18,363 nt of DNA. It comes from Candidatus Thorarchaeota archaeon. Its GTDB lineage: Archaea > Asgardarchaeota > Thorarchaeia > Thorarchaeales > Thorarchaeaceae. Under the pieces are notes generated by a model that saw nothing but the letters and a program-made list of their open reading frames with translations, did not search any database and was not told the origin of the DNA. Location: positions 1-18,363 of the forward strand of contig JAEORO010000173.1 in the NCBI GenBank assembly GCA_016840855.1, written 5' to 3'. Shown piece after piece: positions 1 to 8,971 of this stretch. Positions within the stretch are counted from its first letter, which is position 1; every line of letters starts with the position of its first letter. A program made the translations under genes and the position numbers.

Positions 1-2
1 CA

Positions 3-1232
3 GATGTTGAAACTGGTAATCCAATTGAAGGAAACATCACAGTGATGGGTGATTTAGAATTCTTCGTTTCTTATAGTCCAGAAAAACCCACCCAAGGTCA
101 AGAGTTAACTGTGGTAGTGAATATTGTTGATGGTTATGGCAATCCAGTTCCAGGTCTGGAGGTAACAATTCAGCTGATGGATCTTCCACCAATGATTGCA
201 CATCCCACAGATCAAATTGGTGAGTACTTCGTAGAAATTCCACACATCCCCACAACTATGGGATATGGAGATTTCACTCTCACAATTACTGCAGTAGGAG
301 AGTATGTTGGGGAATCGATTGATACATCAACAACAATACCAGTCGATCCTGCAACTCCAGATTTCACAATGTCAACTAACACACTATCAATTGGTGCAGG
401 ACTATCATTTGTGCTGAGCCTTATTGGTATGGTAATCTACTTTAGAATTGCATCTTCAATGAAAGTTGATGACAAGTCACTTGAAGGTCGTAAGAAATCC
501 ATCAAGAATATGGATAGACTATACCTTCTAATTGTACTGGCAAGTGCAGCTGGACTTGCAGCATCATATTCAACATATACTGCGGGAGACTATTCTCTTG
601 CTCTAATACTAACAGTTGCTCTTCTTGGTTGTTCTGTACTTCTGTATGGGCTATGGCTTTATCGAGATGCAACTGCGGCTGTGCTTGTTCGAGGTTCACT
701 CAGCAGGAAAAGAATGGTGCTTGGTCTTTGGCATCTGGTGTTCGTCCCAGTCGTAATATTCCTGATCCTTCTGTATGGTGTTGAGATAGATTGGTTCAAA
801 GCATACATCATCGATCAATCATTTACAATTGGCACAATCACTGTACCTACAATTATGACGACTATTTTTGCAGCCTACCTATCTTCAATACTGGTAGTTG
901 TAGTGAATCTCTATAGAGAGGTGAACAAAGGTCTCAAGAAGATTGTGAAAATGGAAGATGCTGGAACACCTGCAAGTGTTGTTGAAGATGAGAAAACATC
1001 TATGGTCAGTAGATTCAGCTCATCTGTTAGAATCAAGTTCTTGATGTTCTTAGTGGTTGTGGGCGCGACTACCGTTATGAGCATGGACTTCTTGGCCAGT
1101 TGGGAGCTTGGTATCATAGTACTCCTGCCAGTAGCATTTCTAGTTGTGATACCATTTATCTCATCCAAAATAATTCAAGTTTTCAGCAAAATGTCTAGAG
1201 GAAGAATACCTTCTGCACCTGCAGATAGCTAG
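3..1232 (+). CDS. 5'-truncated cell-surface/membrane protein: Ig-like beta-sandwich ectodomain(s) followed by about 7 transmembrane helices
   Basis: The frame is open from position 3 (DVETGNPIEGNITV...), so the GTG at 42 is probably internal. Two D-x(2,3)-GNP[IV]-x-G motifs of the kind seen in bacterial Ig-like repeats. Seven hydrophobic segments from about nt 384, separated by alternating basic and short/acidic loops. Stop TAG followed by TAA. Confidence 0.8.
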   Translation, partial: DVETGNPIEGNITVMGDLEFFVSYSPEKPTQGQELTVVVNIVDGYGNPVPGLEVTIQLMDLPPMIAHPTDQIGEYFVEIPHIPTTMGYGDFTLTITAVGEYVGESIDTSTTIPVDPATPDFTMSTNTLSIGAGLSFVLSLIGMVIYFRIASSMKVDDKSLEGRKKSIKNMDRLYLLIVLASAAGLAASYSTYTAGDYSLALILTVALLGCSVLLYGLWLYRDATAAVLVRGSLSRKRMVLGLWHLVFVPVVIFLILLYGVEIDWFKAYIIDQSFTIGTITVPTIMTTIFAAYLSSILVVVVNLYREVNKGLKKIVKMEDAGTPASVVEDEKTSMVSRFSSSVRIKFLMFLVVVGATTVMSMDFLASWELGIIVLLPVAFLVVIPFISSKIIQVFSKMSRGRIPSAPADS

Positions 1233-1248
1233 TAACCGAAGAAGCAAT

Positions 1249-1281
1249 GCGGCCCTGTTCAGGGGCCGCTAATCCTTTTTT
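1249..1281 (+). terminator. Hairpin plus T-tract terminator between convergent genes
   Basis: GCGGCCC (1249-1255) pairs with GGGCCGC (1263-1269), followed by TAATCC and T6 (1276-1281). Starts 16 nt after the stop of the first gene. Confidence 0.65.
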
Positions 1282-1296
1282 CTTGAGTAACTCTGA

Positions 1297-2838
1297 CTAC
1301 TCTTCATGCAAGAATTCATCTGCATCATCGTACTCATCAGAGTAGGCTTCTTCATCAGCATCTTCTTCAGGTACTTCTTCATCACTCACATATTCTTCCG
1401 TTTTGTAAGTTTCTTCGACTGATGATGGCTCCTCTGTGGTTTCTGGTTTCGTATCCTCTTCTAGAATTTCAGGCTCTGCTTTAGGAGCAGCTGCAGCTTC
1501 CTCCTGAGTAGGCAAAATCTTAAGACCTGCATCTTGCTCAGCTACAAATTTCGCAATCTGAGCTTTTCTTGTGAAGTAAAGAGCAACGATAACAGCTAGA
1601 GATAAGGCTGCACCTACAATGGTGAGAGTAGTCAACCAAGCACTTGAGCTATCACCCAAGAGCTGTTGCCAAGTGATAACTAAAAATGCAAGACCTGCAG
1701 TATTCATGACAAAAGATCTAAGAGGTGTCCCCACCTTAGTGATTTCTGTGACATTGGTGTCAACCATAGCAGCAGCAATCACACCAGCGTTGTATTGTGT
1801 AGACTTTGTCTTCTTTGCTAATGTTTTGACATCAGTCGATTTCTTCTTGCCCATCCACCGAAGGGCTGTAGGAACTTTTTCTGAAAGAAGATTTGCATAG
1901 GCAATTTTAGCGTCTTCATGAGACAAGTTACATTTCTTGCACATGTCTAGTTTAGTGTTCCATTTACGTTTGCATTGTGGACATCTATCTGCCTGCCATG
2001 CATCTGGTGCAACTTCTCGAAGTCGCTGACGCACAATGTATTCACTAACACCCGTATCAACGCGACCTTCTTTCTTTTCTTTCTTCATTGAATCGAGTAA
2101 CGAGAAAAGAAGTGGCAATGCACCAAGAACCGTCAGATTTGGAAGAGAACGTATCTCTGATGCTTTCTTATGAATTCCCCTTAGCTTGTAAGCAGTCTTG
2201 AGGCCCTCCCAAAGGCCATTGAGGCTACCTGCAACACCATAAACAGCACCAACTGTAGCAATACTTGCTGTTATACCTGTTACTGAAGTGATGATATCAA
2301 TTGGTGTCGATGGTAGAAGGAATGAAAATTGATGCTGTAATATATGCTGCGTTGAATCTCCTTCAATGTAATAACGAAAATCTACGGTTGCCTCATAGAC
2401 ACCCGTAGCGAGCTTGATTGGACCTAAAACTGACATCATTGCAGAAAAGTCCATGCCCGCACTGACTGGGGGGATAGTGACTGATGGATCGACTGTGAAC
2501 CATGTATTAAGGTGTGAATCAACTATTTGAATTGGAAACAACGGATATCCCTGATACCAAAATGTTATCGTTCCAGTAACGTTGAGAGTCTGAGAACCAC
2601 TTGCATTCAACTGAAGCGTGAGAATCATAGGTCCATCTAGATTTAATGGAAGAGGGGATTCAGGAGAATAATCCTTGAGGTTCATGCCATCCAATGCTGC
2701 ATAGACATATAATCTGCCATCATTAATGAAGTCATCAGGATATACTTGAGCATTGGCGGTCGTAACACCGCCAATCAATATTACTAGAAACAAAGTCATA
2801 AAGCCTATAATTAATAGACGTGATGGGGAGCGACGCAT
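1297..2838 (-). CDS. Hypothetical membrane protein (513 aa): signal/TM segment, beta-rich ectodomain, TM, CxxC-x10-CxxC Zn ribbon, possible winged HTH, 2 TMs, acidic tail
   Basis: ORF track. N-terminal MRR + hydrophobic stretch + ANA-Q cleavage-like site. CPQC-x10-CKKC at nt 1930-1983. E/D-rich C-terminal ~65 aa. Confidence 0.8.
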   Translation of the reverse strand: MRRSPSRLLIIGFMTLFLVILIGGVTTANAQVYPDDFINDGRLYVYAALDGMNLKDYSPESPLPLNLDGPMILTLQLNASGSQTLNVTGTITFWYQGYPLFPIQIVDSHLNTWFTVDPSVTIPPVSAGMDFSAMMSVLGPIKLATGVYEATVDFRYYIEGDSTQHILQHQFSFLLPSTPIDIITSVTGITASIATVGAVYGVAGSLNGLWEGLKTAYKLRGIHKKASEIRSLPNLTVLGALPLLFSLLDSMKKEKKEGRVDTGVSEYIVRQRLREVAPDAWQADRCPQCKRKWNTKLDMCKKCNLSHEDAKIAYANLLSEKVPTALRWMGKKKSTDVKTLAKKTKSTQYNAGVIAAAMVDTNVTEITKVGTPLRSFVMNTAGLAFLVITWQQLLGDSSSAWLTTLTIVGAALSLAVIVALYFTRKAQIAKFVAEQDAGLKILPTQEEAAAAPKAEPEILEEDTKPETTEEPSSVEETYKTEEYVSDEEVPEEDADEEAYSDEYDDADEFLHEE

Positions 2839-2910
2839 GGTACTGTTACATCTCCAATAGCAATGCTAGAGTTCGACTGACGAATTAGGATTGAAAAGGG
2901 TTTTTGCGAC

Positions 2911-3324
2911 CTAGTTTGAATTAGTTTTTGAGGTTGGATCCTTTGTTCCCCTAATCATGTCTGCGACTTTTCTTGCAACTGTTACAAAACCCTCACTCTT
3001 TTTCATGACTCCTTTCGCTCCAACTTCTGCTGCGTGTTTCGCTGTATCAGGATCAAAATATGCTGTTAGAAGGTGGATGTTTTTTATTCCAAGCTCTATG
3101 AGTTTTCGTGTGCATTCGATTCCATCCATGGAGGGCATTTTCATGTCCATCAAGACAATGTCAGGAAACATCCCATTGTCTATCAATCTAGAAGCCTTGT
3201 CAATTGCTTCTTGTCCATTAGACGCAATCAGGAGTTCAAAGTCATCCAAAAAGCGTTTGAGATACATATGCATCACTTCATGAATTGCAGGTTCATCATC
3301 TACGATTAGGATTCGAAAAGTCAT
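2911..3324 (-). CDS. Stand-alone response regulator receiver (CheY-like) protein
   Basis: ILIVDDE acidic pocket, phosphoacceptor Asp in DIVLMDMKMPSMDG, Thr in LLTAY, Lys in GVMKK. ATG at 3324 preferred because it follows GTGAGGATG; alternatives are 3330 and 3336. Confidence 0.92.
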   Translation of the reverse strand: MTFRILIVDDEPAIHEVMHMYLKRFLDDFELLIASNGQEAIDKASRLIDNGMFPDIVLMDMKMPSMDGIECTRKLIELGIKNIHLLTAYFDPDTAKHAAEVGAKGVMKKSEGFVTVARKVADMIRGTKDPTSKTNSN

Positions 3325-3336
3325 ATGCATCCTCAC

Positions 3337-3460
3337 GCGAAATTACTTAATTGCGCTTCAATTTTTCAATGCCTTAATAATCGTGTGTTATATTATTGAA
3401 GATGGTACTTCGCGAACCTATTTATTCTAGAATGCACTTCTTTCAAATGAGGACCCAAAT
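3337..3460. promoter_or_regulatory. Divergent promoter region (receiver gene / aminotransferase gene)
   Basis: AT-rich gap between divergent genes. TATA-like TATTTATT at about 3419-3426 (+) and TTATTAAG at about 3373-3380 (-), both at plausible archaeal distances from the start codons. Confidence 0.4.
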
Positions 3461-4549
3461 TTGACATTTGAAAGAATGCCCTTAGAGATCTGGTTTGATG
3501 AACACCAGTTCGAGGTAGACTATGATATTGGTGAAAGTGGTACCAAGTTTCTAACAGTGAAACAACTTGAGATTGACCTCAATGAGATTCAATTGCGTTA
3601 TGGATACCATCTAGGACATCCAAGTCTAAGAAAAGAGATAGCAAAGCAATACAGGGGCGCTACTTCCAAGAATGTGGCAGTGACAACAGGCGCTAGTGAA
3701 GCTAACTTTGCCATCATTGCTCATCTTGTTGGACCCAGAGACAACATCATTGTGGAACACCCAACATATCCCTCTCTTTATCAGGTTGCTCGTTCTTTGG
3801 GAAAAGACCTTACTCTCTTTAAACTTGAATGGGAGAATGATTTTAGACCTGATTTGGATAAACTTCGTAAATTGATAAAATCCAACACCAAGTTAATCAC
3901 TCTCACCCATCCAAATAACCCAACAGGTTCTGTGATAACTAAGGCGGAACTTAAAGAGGCAATTGAAATAGCAGAAGAGGCGGGAGCGTATCTTATGGTT
4001 GATGAAACCTATAGAGATCTAATGTTTCCGCAACCTCCACCTCTTGCGGCAACTATGAGCCCTAGTGCCATTAGTTTGACAAGCATGTCAAAGACTTGGG
4101 GATTACCAGGCATTCGTATTGGGTGGGCTGTTGCAGAAGAATCGATTGTCGAAGCAATAAGAGCAGTGAGAGAACAGGTCACTATTTGCAATTCATCTGT
4201 TGGAGAGGCCATTGCAAAAGAGGTACTTCAAAAAAGAAGCGAAATATTGCCTGTAATAAGAAAAGCAGTGATTTCTAACTATAAGATTGTAGAAGATTGG
4301 ATGAATTCTCAAGATTGGCTCGAATGGATTGAACCTCAGAGTGGAGTCGTTGGCGCACCAAAATTGAAGCGAGGTGGAAGTACCGATCAACTCTGTGAGC
4401 TTCTAGTAAAGAAGTATAGAACATTCACGGTTCCAGGTTCTAGAATGGAATTGGATGGTCACTTCCGACTAGGATTTGGCGGCGACCACGAGGAACTAAT
4501 CGAGGGACTTGAACAACTTAGCAAGGCTCTGAAAGATATTCACTCATGA
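3461..4549 (+). CDS. PLP-dependent aminotransferase, class I/II (fold type I)
   Basis: Motifs HPNNPTG, DETY, SMSKTWGLPGIRIGW (PLP-binding Lys) and HFRLGF. TTG start preceded by GAGG. Confidence 0.93.
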   Translation: MTFERMPLEIWFDEHQFEVDYDIGESGTKFLTVKQLEIDLNEIQLRYGYHLGHPSLRKEIAKQYRGATSKNVAVTTGASEANFAIIAHLVGPRDNIIVEHPTYPSLYQVARSLGKDLTLFKLEWENDFRPDLDKLRKLIKSNTKLITLTHPNNPTGSVITKAELKEAIEIAEEAGAYLMVDETYRDLMFPQPPPLAATMSPSAISLTSMSKTWGLPGIRIGWAVAEESIVEAIRAVREQVTICNSSVGEAIAKEVLQKRSEILPVIRKAVISNYKIVEDWMNSQDWLEWIEPQSGVVGAPKLKRGGSTDQLCELLVKKYRTFTVPGSRMELDGHFRLGFGGDHEELIEGLEQLSKALKDIHS

Positions 4550-4605
4550 ATCAGAGTGGAGTTCTTTAATCTCAAACGTGACACATCTTCGGATGATGCA
4601 CTAAC

Positions 4606-5097
4606 TTGCACGATGTAGGTGAAACGATAGAAATCCAAGAGGTGGTTTGGACCCCTATTTCCGAACTGACTGTCGAATCAAGAACAATCAATGTCAAATT
4701 CAGTGTGATTAGGAAAGGACAAACACGACATATCAGTTCGAGAGCTACTGGGAAAATACTTCTCATCAATGAGTGCGTAGTTGGTGACGAATCTGCAATC
4801 ATCAATCTTACACTGTGGAATCATGACATAGATGAGATAGAAACTGGGAAGACATACGAATTGTTGAATGGACATATCAGCATCTATGATGAGAGCATGA
4901 GTCTTACAAAAGGTCGATGGGGAATTATCCGAGAGGGGACACCAAGCATTGTTCAAGTAGATGGATCATTAGACATGAGCAGACCGTTTATGGGTCGACC
5001 AAATCGGAAGAAAAGAAAGAGGTCTCAAACAGGCCGTTCATTTCAAGGAACACCTGGAAGAGAAATAAAGGGTTACTGTTCACGGAAGGGCTTTTGA
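4606..5097 (+). CDS. ssb: Single-OB-fold single-stranded DNA-binding protein (crenarchaeal SSB / hSSB1-like) with basic C-terminal tail
   Basis: ISEL...INVKFSV...VGDESAIINLTLW...GKTYELLNGHISIY...LTKGRWG matches the OB-fold pattern of Sulfolobus SSB and eukaryotic SSB1 as I recall them. Start uncertain (TTG 4606 or GTG 4642). Confidence 0.8.
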   Translation: MHDVGETIEIQEVVWTPISELTVESRTINVKFSVIRKGQTRHISSRATGKILLINECVVGDESAIINLTLWNHDIDEIETGKTYELLNGHISIYDESMSLTKGRWGIIREGTPSIVQVDGSLDMSRPFMGRPNRKKRKRSQTGRSFQGTPGREIKGYCSRKGF

Positions 5098-5122
5098 GGC
5101 TGTTCTTGTATGATAGTTCGTT

Positions 5123-6022
5123 ATGAAATTGCGACTCGGAAATAATTTAATCCCGTATCCCATCTTCACTATAAAGGGTCGTTTGCGATTATGTGGGCTG
5201 TCGGATTCAGATGTTTCAGAGGTAGTAAATGATGCAGTGATTTCAGATGCTAATACTGAAGAAGATCTCCTCAATCGCATTCGTGATGTACTAAATTTAA
5301 AACAACCTTCGATTCTAAGAAAATTCGAAATTCTGACCAAATATGAGAAGTTTCGTGGCGATTCTTCAAAACTGCCAGCGATTGTTGTTGTAATCGAGGG
5401 AGCATCGGCTTCTGGGAAGTCACTGATTGCACTCGAGTTGATGCATGATCTTATTGCTACTAGATTCATTAGCACTGATTCAATTCGTCAAGTTCTACGG
5501 GGAATATTGAAGGAAGATGAATATCCGGAATTATTTTGCCACACCTATCAAGCACACACTTTTAGACAATCAGGACCACAGGGCTTGAAACCAATTGTCA
5601 GAGGGTTCTTGGCACAGTGTGAAATCATAAAACCTCATATTGTCACCATGACAAAGAGAGTAATCACTGAAGGAGCTATTGCTGTTGTAGAGGGAGTTCA
5701 CATTCAGCCAGGTACAATTCAAAATTTCAGTTCTGGGATTATTGAAATCTTGGTTGATCCAGATTATGAAACACATAAAGCTATGTTCGCAAGTAAACAC
5801 GAAATTGGCAAACTCCAGTCGGTTTCTGATGACATAATTGTTAGAGATAAAGAGTTTGAAGCCACTCGTTTGATACAGGAGTATTTGCGATCTGAAGCAC
5901 GAAAAGAGGGTGTAGCAATCATTCCTTTAACAAGTTATGAAGATATTCGATTGAAAATCTCAGAGATAATAATGGCGAGAGTAACGCGGCTCCTTGAATC
6001 GTATGAAGAAGGTGTAAGCTAA
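5123..6022 (+). CDS. pgk2: 2-phosphoglycerate kinase family P-loop kinase
   Basis: Walker A-like GASASGKS, followed by the family motifs ISTDSIRQVLR, LFCHTYQA, GFLAQC and VVEGVHIQP. Confidence 0.8.
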   Translation: MKLRLGNNLIPYPIFTIKGRLRLCGLSDSDVSEVVNDAVISDANTEEDLLNRIRDVLNLKQPSILRKFEILTKYEKFRGDSSKLPAIVVVIEGASASGKSLIALELMHDLIATRFISTDSIRQVLRGILKEDEYPELFCHTYQAHTFRQSGPQGLKPIVRGFLAQCEIIKPHIVTMTKRVITEGAIAVVEGVHIQPGTIQNFSSGIIEILVDPDYETHKAMFASKHEIGKLQSVSDDIIVRDKEFEATRLIQEYLRSEARKEGVAIIPLTSYEDIRLKISEIIMARVTRLLESYEEGVS

Positions 6023-6025
6023 AAC

Positions 6026-7414
6026 ATGAAATGGAAAAATGAATCTCTTGACAAGCTATTCAATCCAGAATCAATAGCTATCGTAGGAGCCTCAGATAAG
6101 CCTGACAAACTCGGAGCACTCACACTCCTAGCGCTTCGTGATTACAAAGGAGATGTATACCCAGTTAACCCTCGAATCAAGTCTATTAGAGGTGCAAAAT
6201 GCTATCCATCAATTATTGATATTGACCATCAAGTGGACCTTGCCATGATAGCACTAGGTCCGCAATACATTTTGCAAACGCTTTCCGAGTGTAAAGAAAC
6301 AGGTGTAAAGGGTGCAATCATATTCTCAGCGGGATTTAAGGAACTAGGAGGAATTGGAGAAGAGCATCAACACAGAGTCAAGGAAGTAGCTGATGGAGGT
6401 CATATTGCTGTTATAGGACCAAACTGCCTTGGAGCTGGCAACTGCAATATTGGATTAAATGCTACCTTCTTTCCACATCCCACTCCATTGAAAGGAGGGT
6501 CAGTAGCAATGGTAAGTCAGAGCGGTGGTGTCACTGGGCTAATGATATACCAAGCGGCGGATTCAGAGCTTGGAGTGTCTAAATTCGCTAGTGTTGGAAA
6601 TAGAGTCAATATTGATTTTCACGATATGCTAAGATACCTTAGAGAAGATTCAGAAACCGAAGCAATCTGCCTATTTGTTGAGGGAACTGAATATGCGAGA
6701 GAAATGATGGAAGAGCTTCAAAAGACTACACCAGAGAAACCGGTCATTGTCTTTAAGGTTGGAAAGACTCCTGCTTCAAGGGAAGCGGCTTTAAGCCATA
6801 CAGGCAGTTTGGCGGGCAACTCTGAGTTGTATAGTGCAGCAATGAAACAGGCTGGTGCGATTGAAGTAGCTGGGGTAGGAGAGATGATTGATACTGCTCA
6901 TGTTATTACGTCCTGTAAACATCGCTCAAAGGGGCGAAATGTTGCTATCGTGACACACACATTGGGAATTGCTTTGGTTGCTGCTCAGACACTTGAATTA
7001 AATGGAATCAACCTTCCACCTCCTTCAGATTCAGTAGCATCAAAAATTGAATCTATGCTTAACATGCCTGTGGAAGTTCCTATCAAGAACCCAATCGACC
7101 TCCTTGCACAAGGTTGGGCGGATCCAAGTATCTTCTCAGAGGCTTTCAAATTAATTTTAAACGAAAAACAATTCGACGCTGTTATGATTGTTTTCTCTCC
7201 AAATTACCAAGAAGGAATTGGAGGAGGCGTACCAATAAATGAAATAGTAAAGGCGAGTCAAGAGGTCTCCAAACCAGTAATTAGTATTCTCGCATCGCCT
7301 ATAACAAGAAAACCACCAGGCTATGACATACTCGAGGCAGCAGGAATCCCATTTTTCTCTAGTCCTCAAAGAGCCGCCCAAGCCCTCGCTAACATGTTAA
7401 GACTCTCAAAATAA
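6026..7414 (+). CDS. acdA: ADP-forming acyl-CoA synthetase / acetate--CoA ligase alpha subunit (CoA-binding)
   Basis: LFNPESIAIVGAS, YPVNP, IIFSAGFKE, GPNCLG, SQSGG, SVGN, the phospho-His motif SHTGSLAG and NPIDL. No ATP-grasp (beta) domain is fused or adjacent. Confidence 0.88.
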   Translation: MKWKNESLDKLFNPESIAIVGASDKPDKLGALTLLALRDYKGDVYPVNPRIKSIRGAKCYPSIIDIDHQVDLAMIALGPQYILQTLSECKETGVKGAIIFSAGFKELGGIGEEHQHRVKEVADGGHIAVIGPNCLGAGNCNIGLNATFFPHPTPLKGGSVAMVSQSGGVTGLMIYQAADSELGVSKFASVGNRVNIDFHDMLRYLREDSETEAICLFVEGTEYAREMMEELQKTTPEKPVIVFKVGKTPASREAALSHTGSLAGNSELYSAAMKQAGAIEVAGVGEMIDTAHVITSCKHRSKGRNVAIVTHTLGIALVAAQTLELNGINLPPPSDSVASKIESMLNMPVEVPIKNPIDLLAQGWADPSIFSEAFKLILNEKQFDAVMIVFSPNYQEGIGGGVPINEIVKASQEVSKPVISILASPITRKPPGYDILEAAGIPFFSSPQRAAQALANMLRLSK

Positions 7415-7446
7415 AAAAAAAAGGAACCGCTGCGCAGGGCAGCGGT
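7413..7446 (-). terminator. Hairpin plus U10 terminator of trpB2 (possibly bidirectional)
   Basis: Perfect 8-bp stem ACCGCTGC (7426-7433) / GCAGCGGT (7439-7446). On the minus strand it is followed by TCC and T10 (A run 7413-7422). Starts 7 nt after the trpB2 stop. Confidence 0.75.
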
Positions 7447-7453
7447 GTTTGCA

Positions 7454-8815
7454 TCACTTACCCTGCACAGTGAGGAGATCACCTGTGGTTTGTGGGATAG
7501 TAATTGGGTCATCACCATTCAGAGTACCATTCATAAGAGCTGCATAAGCAGCCATGTCAAAATGACCATGTCCTGATAGGTTGAAGACTATTGTTCGTGA
7601 TTCATTCTTCTTTTTGGATTCTAGGGCAACATCAATTGCCGCCTTGATAGCATGCGCGGATTCCGGAGCAGGAATAATACCCTCAGACTTTGCGAAAAGT
7701 ACTCCAGCATTCAACACATCAACCTGATGATATGCACGTGGAGTTAATCGACCTTCAATAGTAAGGGCGCTGACTGTAGGAGCAACCCCGTGGTATCTTA
7801 AGCCACCTGCGTGGATTTTTGGAGGAGTGAAGTCAGCGCCCAAGGTGTGCATTTTTAGTTTTGGAGTAAGCCCTGCGGTATCTCCAAAGTCATAGCGGTA
7901 CTCACCTTTTGTCAGAGATGGACAGGCTGTAGGCTCGGCAGCAATGAACTTTGTATCTCGAAAACGATCATTTGCGATGAAAGGAAAAGCTAACCCCGCA
8001 AAATTACTGCCTCCACCAACACAGCCAATGACATAATCAGGAGTAAGGTCAGCAGCATCTAGCTGAGCGATTGCTTCCTGACCTATTACAGACTGGTGTA
8101 GCATGACAAAATTAAGGACAGAGCCAAGCGTGTATTTGGTATTTTCATTAGAAATAGTATCTTCCAGAGCTTCACTTATCGCAATACCGAGAGTTCCTGG
8201 ATGGTCTGGTTGTTCTCTATTGATTTTTCGACCGAATTCGGTTAAATCCGACGGACTTGGTACTATTTTAGCTCCATAGGTTCTCATCAAAGTGCCACGG
8301 TACTGTTTCTGTTCGTAACTAATTCGAACCATATAGACCATAGCTTCAAGTTCAAAATATGAACAAGCAAGTGCAACTGCACTTCCCCATTGGCCAGCAC
8401 CTGTCTCGGTTGCCATCCGTTCAATACCCTCCTTCTTTGCGTAATAGGCTTGAGCGGCTGCAGTGTTTAGTTTATGGCTGCCAGTTGGTGAAACATCTTC
8501 ACGTTTGTAGTATATTCGGCAAGGTGTCTTTAGAACTCTCTCAAGACCAATGGCTCTCTGCAATGGAGTAGGTCGTCCTGATCTCATTAAGATCTCTCGA
8601 ACTTCAGTTGGAATGCTGATAGTCTTCTGCATCGAAACCTCTTGTTTAACACATTCTTCTGGGAAGAGTGCAAGTAGAGCTTCAGGATTGACTGGTTCAT
8701 CTGTTGCAGGATTAATTGGTGGTGGAAGTGGATTATTCAAGTATGGTAAGATATTCAGATATTCATCAGGAGTGTCTTCGATATCTAACTGGATTCTAGC
8801 ATGTTCATGTTTCAT
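7454..8815 (-). CDS. trpB2: Tryptophan synthase beta chain, type 2 (stand-alone TrpB2)
   Basis: GSHKLNTA (PLP Lys), ETGAGQWGSA, MVRISY, GCVGGGSNFAG, HAGGLRYHG, PAPESAHA and NLSGHG. Long N-terminal extension typical of TrpB2. No trpA nearby. Confidence 0.95.
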   Translation of the reverse strand: MKHEHARIQLDIEDTPDEYLNILPYLNNPLPPPINPATDEPVNPEALLALFPEECVKQEVSMQKTISIPTEVREILMRSGRPTPLQRAIGLERVLKTPCRIYYKREDVSPTGSHKLNTAAAQAYYAKKEGIERMATETGAGQWGSAVALACSYFELEAMVYMVRISYEQKQYRGTLMRTYGAKIVPSPSDLTEFGRKINREQPDHPGTLGIAISEALEDTISNENTKYTLGSVLNFVMLHQSVIGQEAIAQLDAADLTPDYVIGCVGGGSNFAGLAFPFIANDRFRDTKFIAAEPTACPSLTKGEYRYDFGDTAGLTPKLKMHTLGADFTPPKIHAGGLRYHGVAPTVSALTIEGRLTPRAYHQVDVLNAGVLFAKSEGIIPAPESAHAIKAAIDVALESKKKNESRTIVFNLSGHGHFDMAAYAALMNGTLNGDDPITIPQTTGDLLTVQGK

Positions 8816-8971
8816 GTTTTGGTCTCCGTCTAGGTTCCGATTCTGAGTGCAGAGAATCCATTAAGTTGTTATTACGGGCGTAAATTTGGGTCATCCTAAA
8901 ACGAAGCAGGAATGAGTAGACCAACTCAATAGAATTAGATAATATGATGACTGTGCCATTTGGGAAGTGGA

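Noticed and set aside
3356-3401. CTTCAAT...ATTGAAG inverted repeat in the divergent promoter gap
   Set aside because: Only 7 bp with a 32-nt spacer in AT-rich DNA. Not distinguishable from chance without comparative data.
4996-5022. RPNRKKRKR in the SSB tail as a nuclear localisation signal
   Set aside because: Basic clusters are common in prokaryotic nucleic-acid-binding tails. The resemblance alone supports no NLS function.
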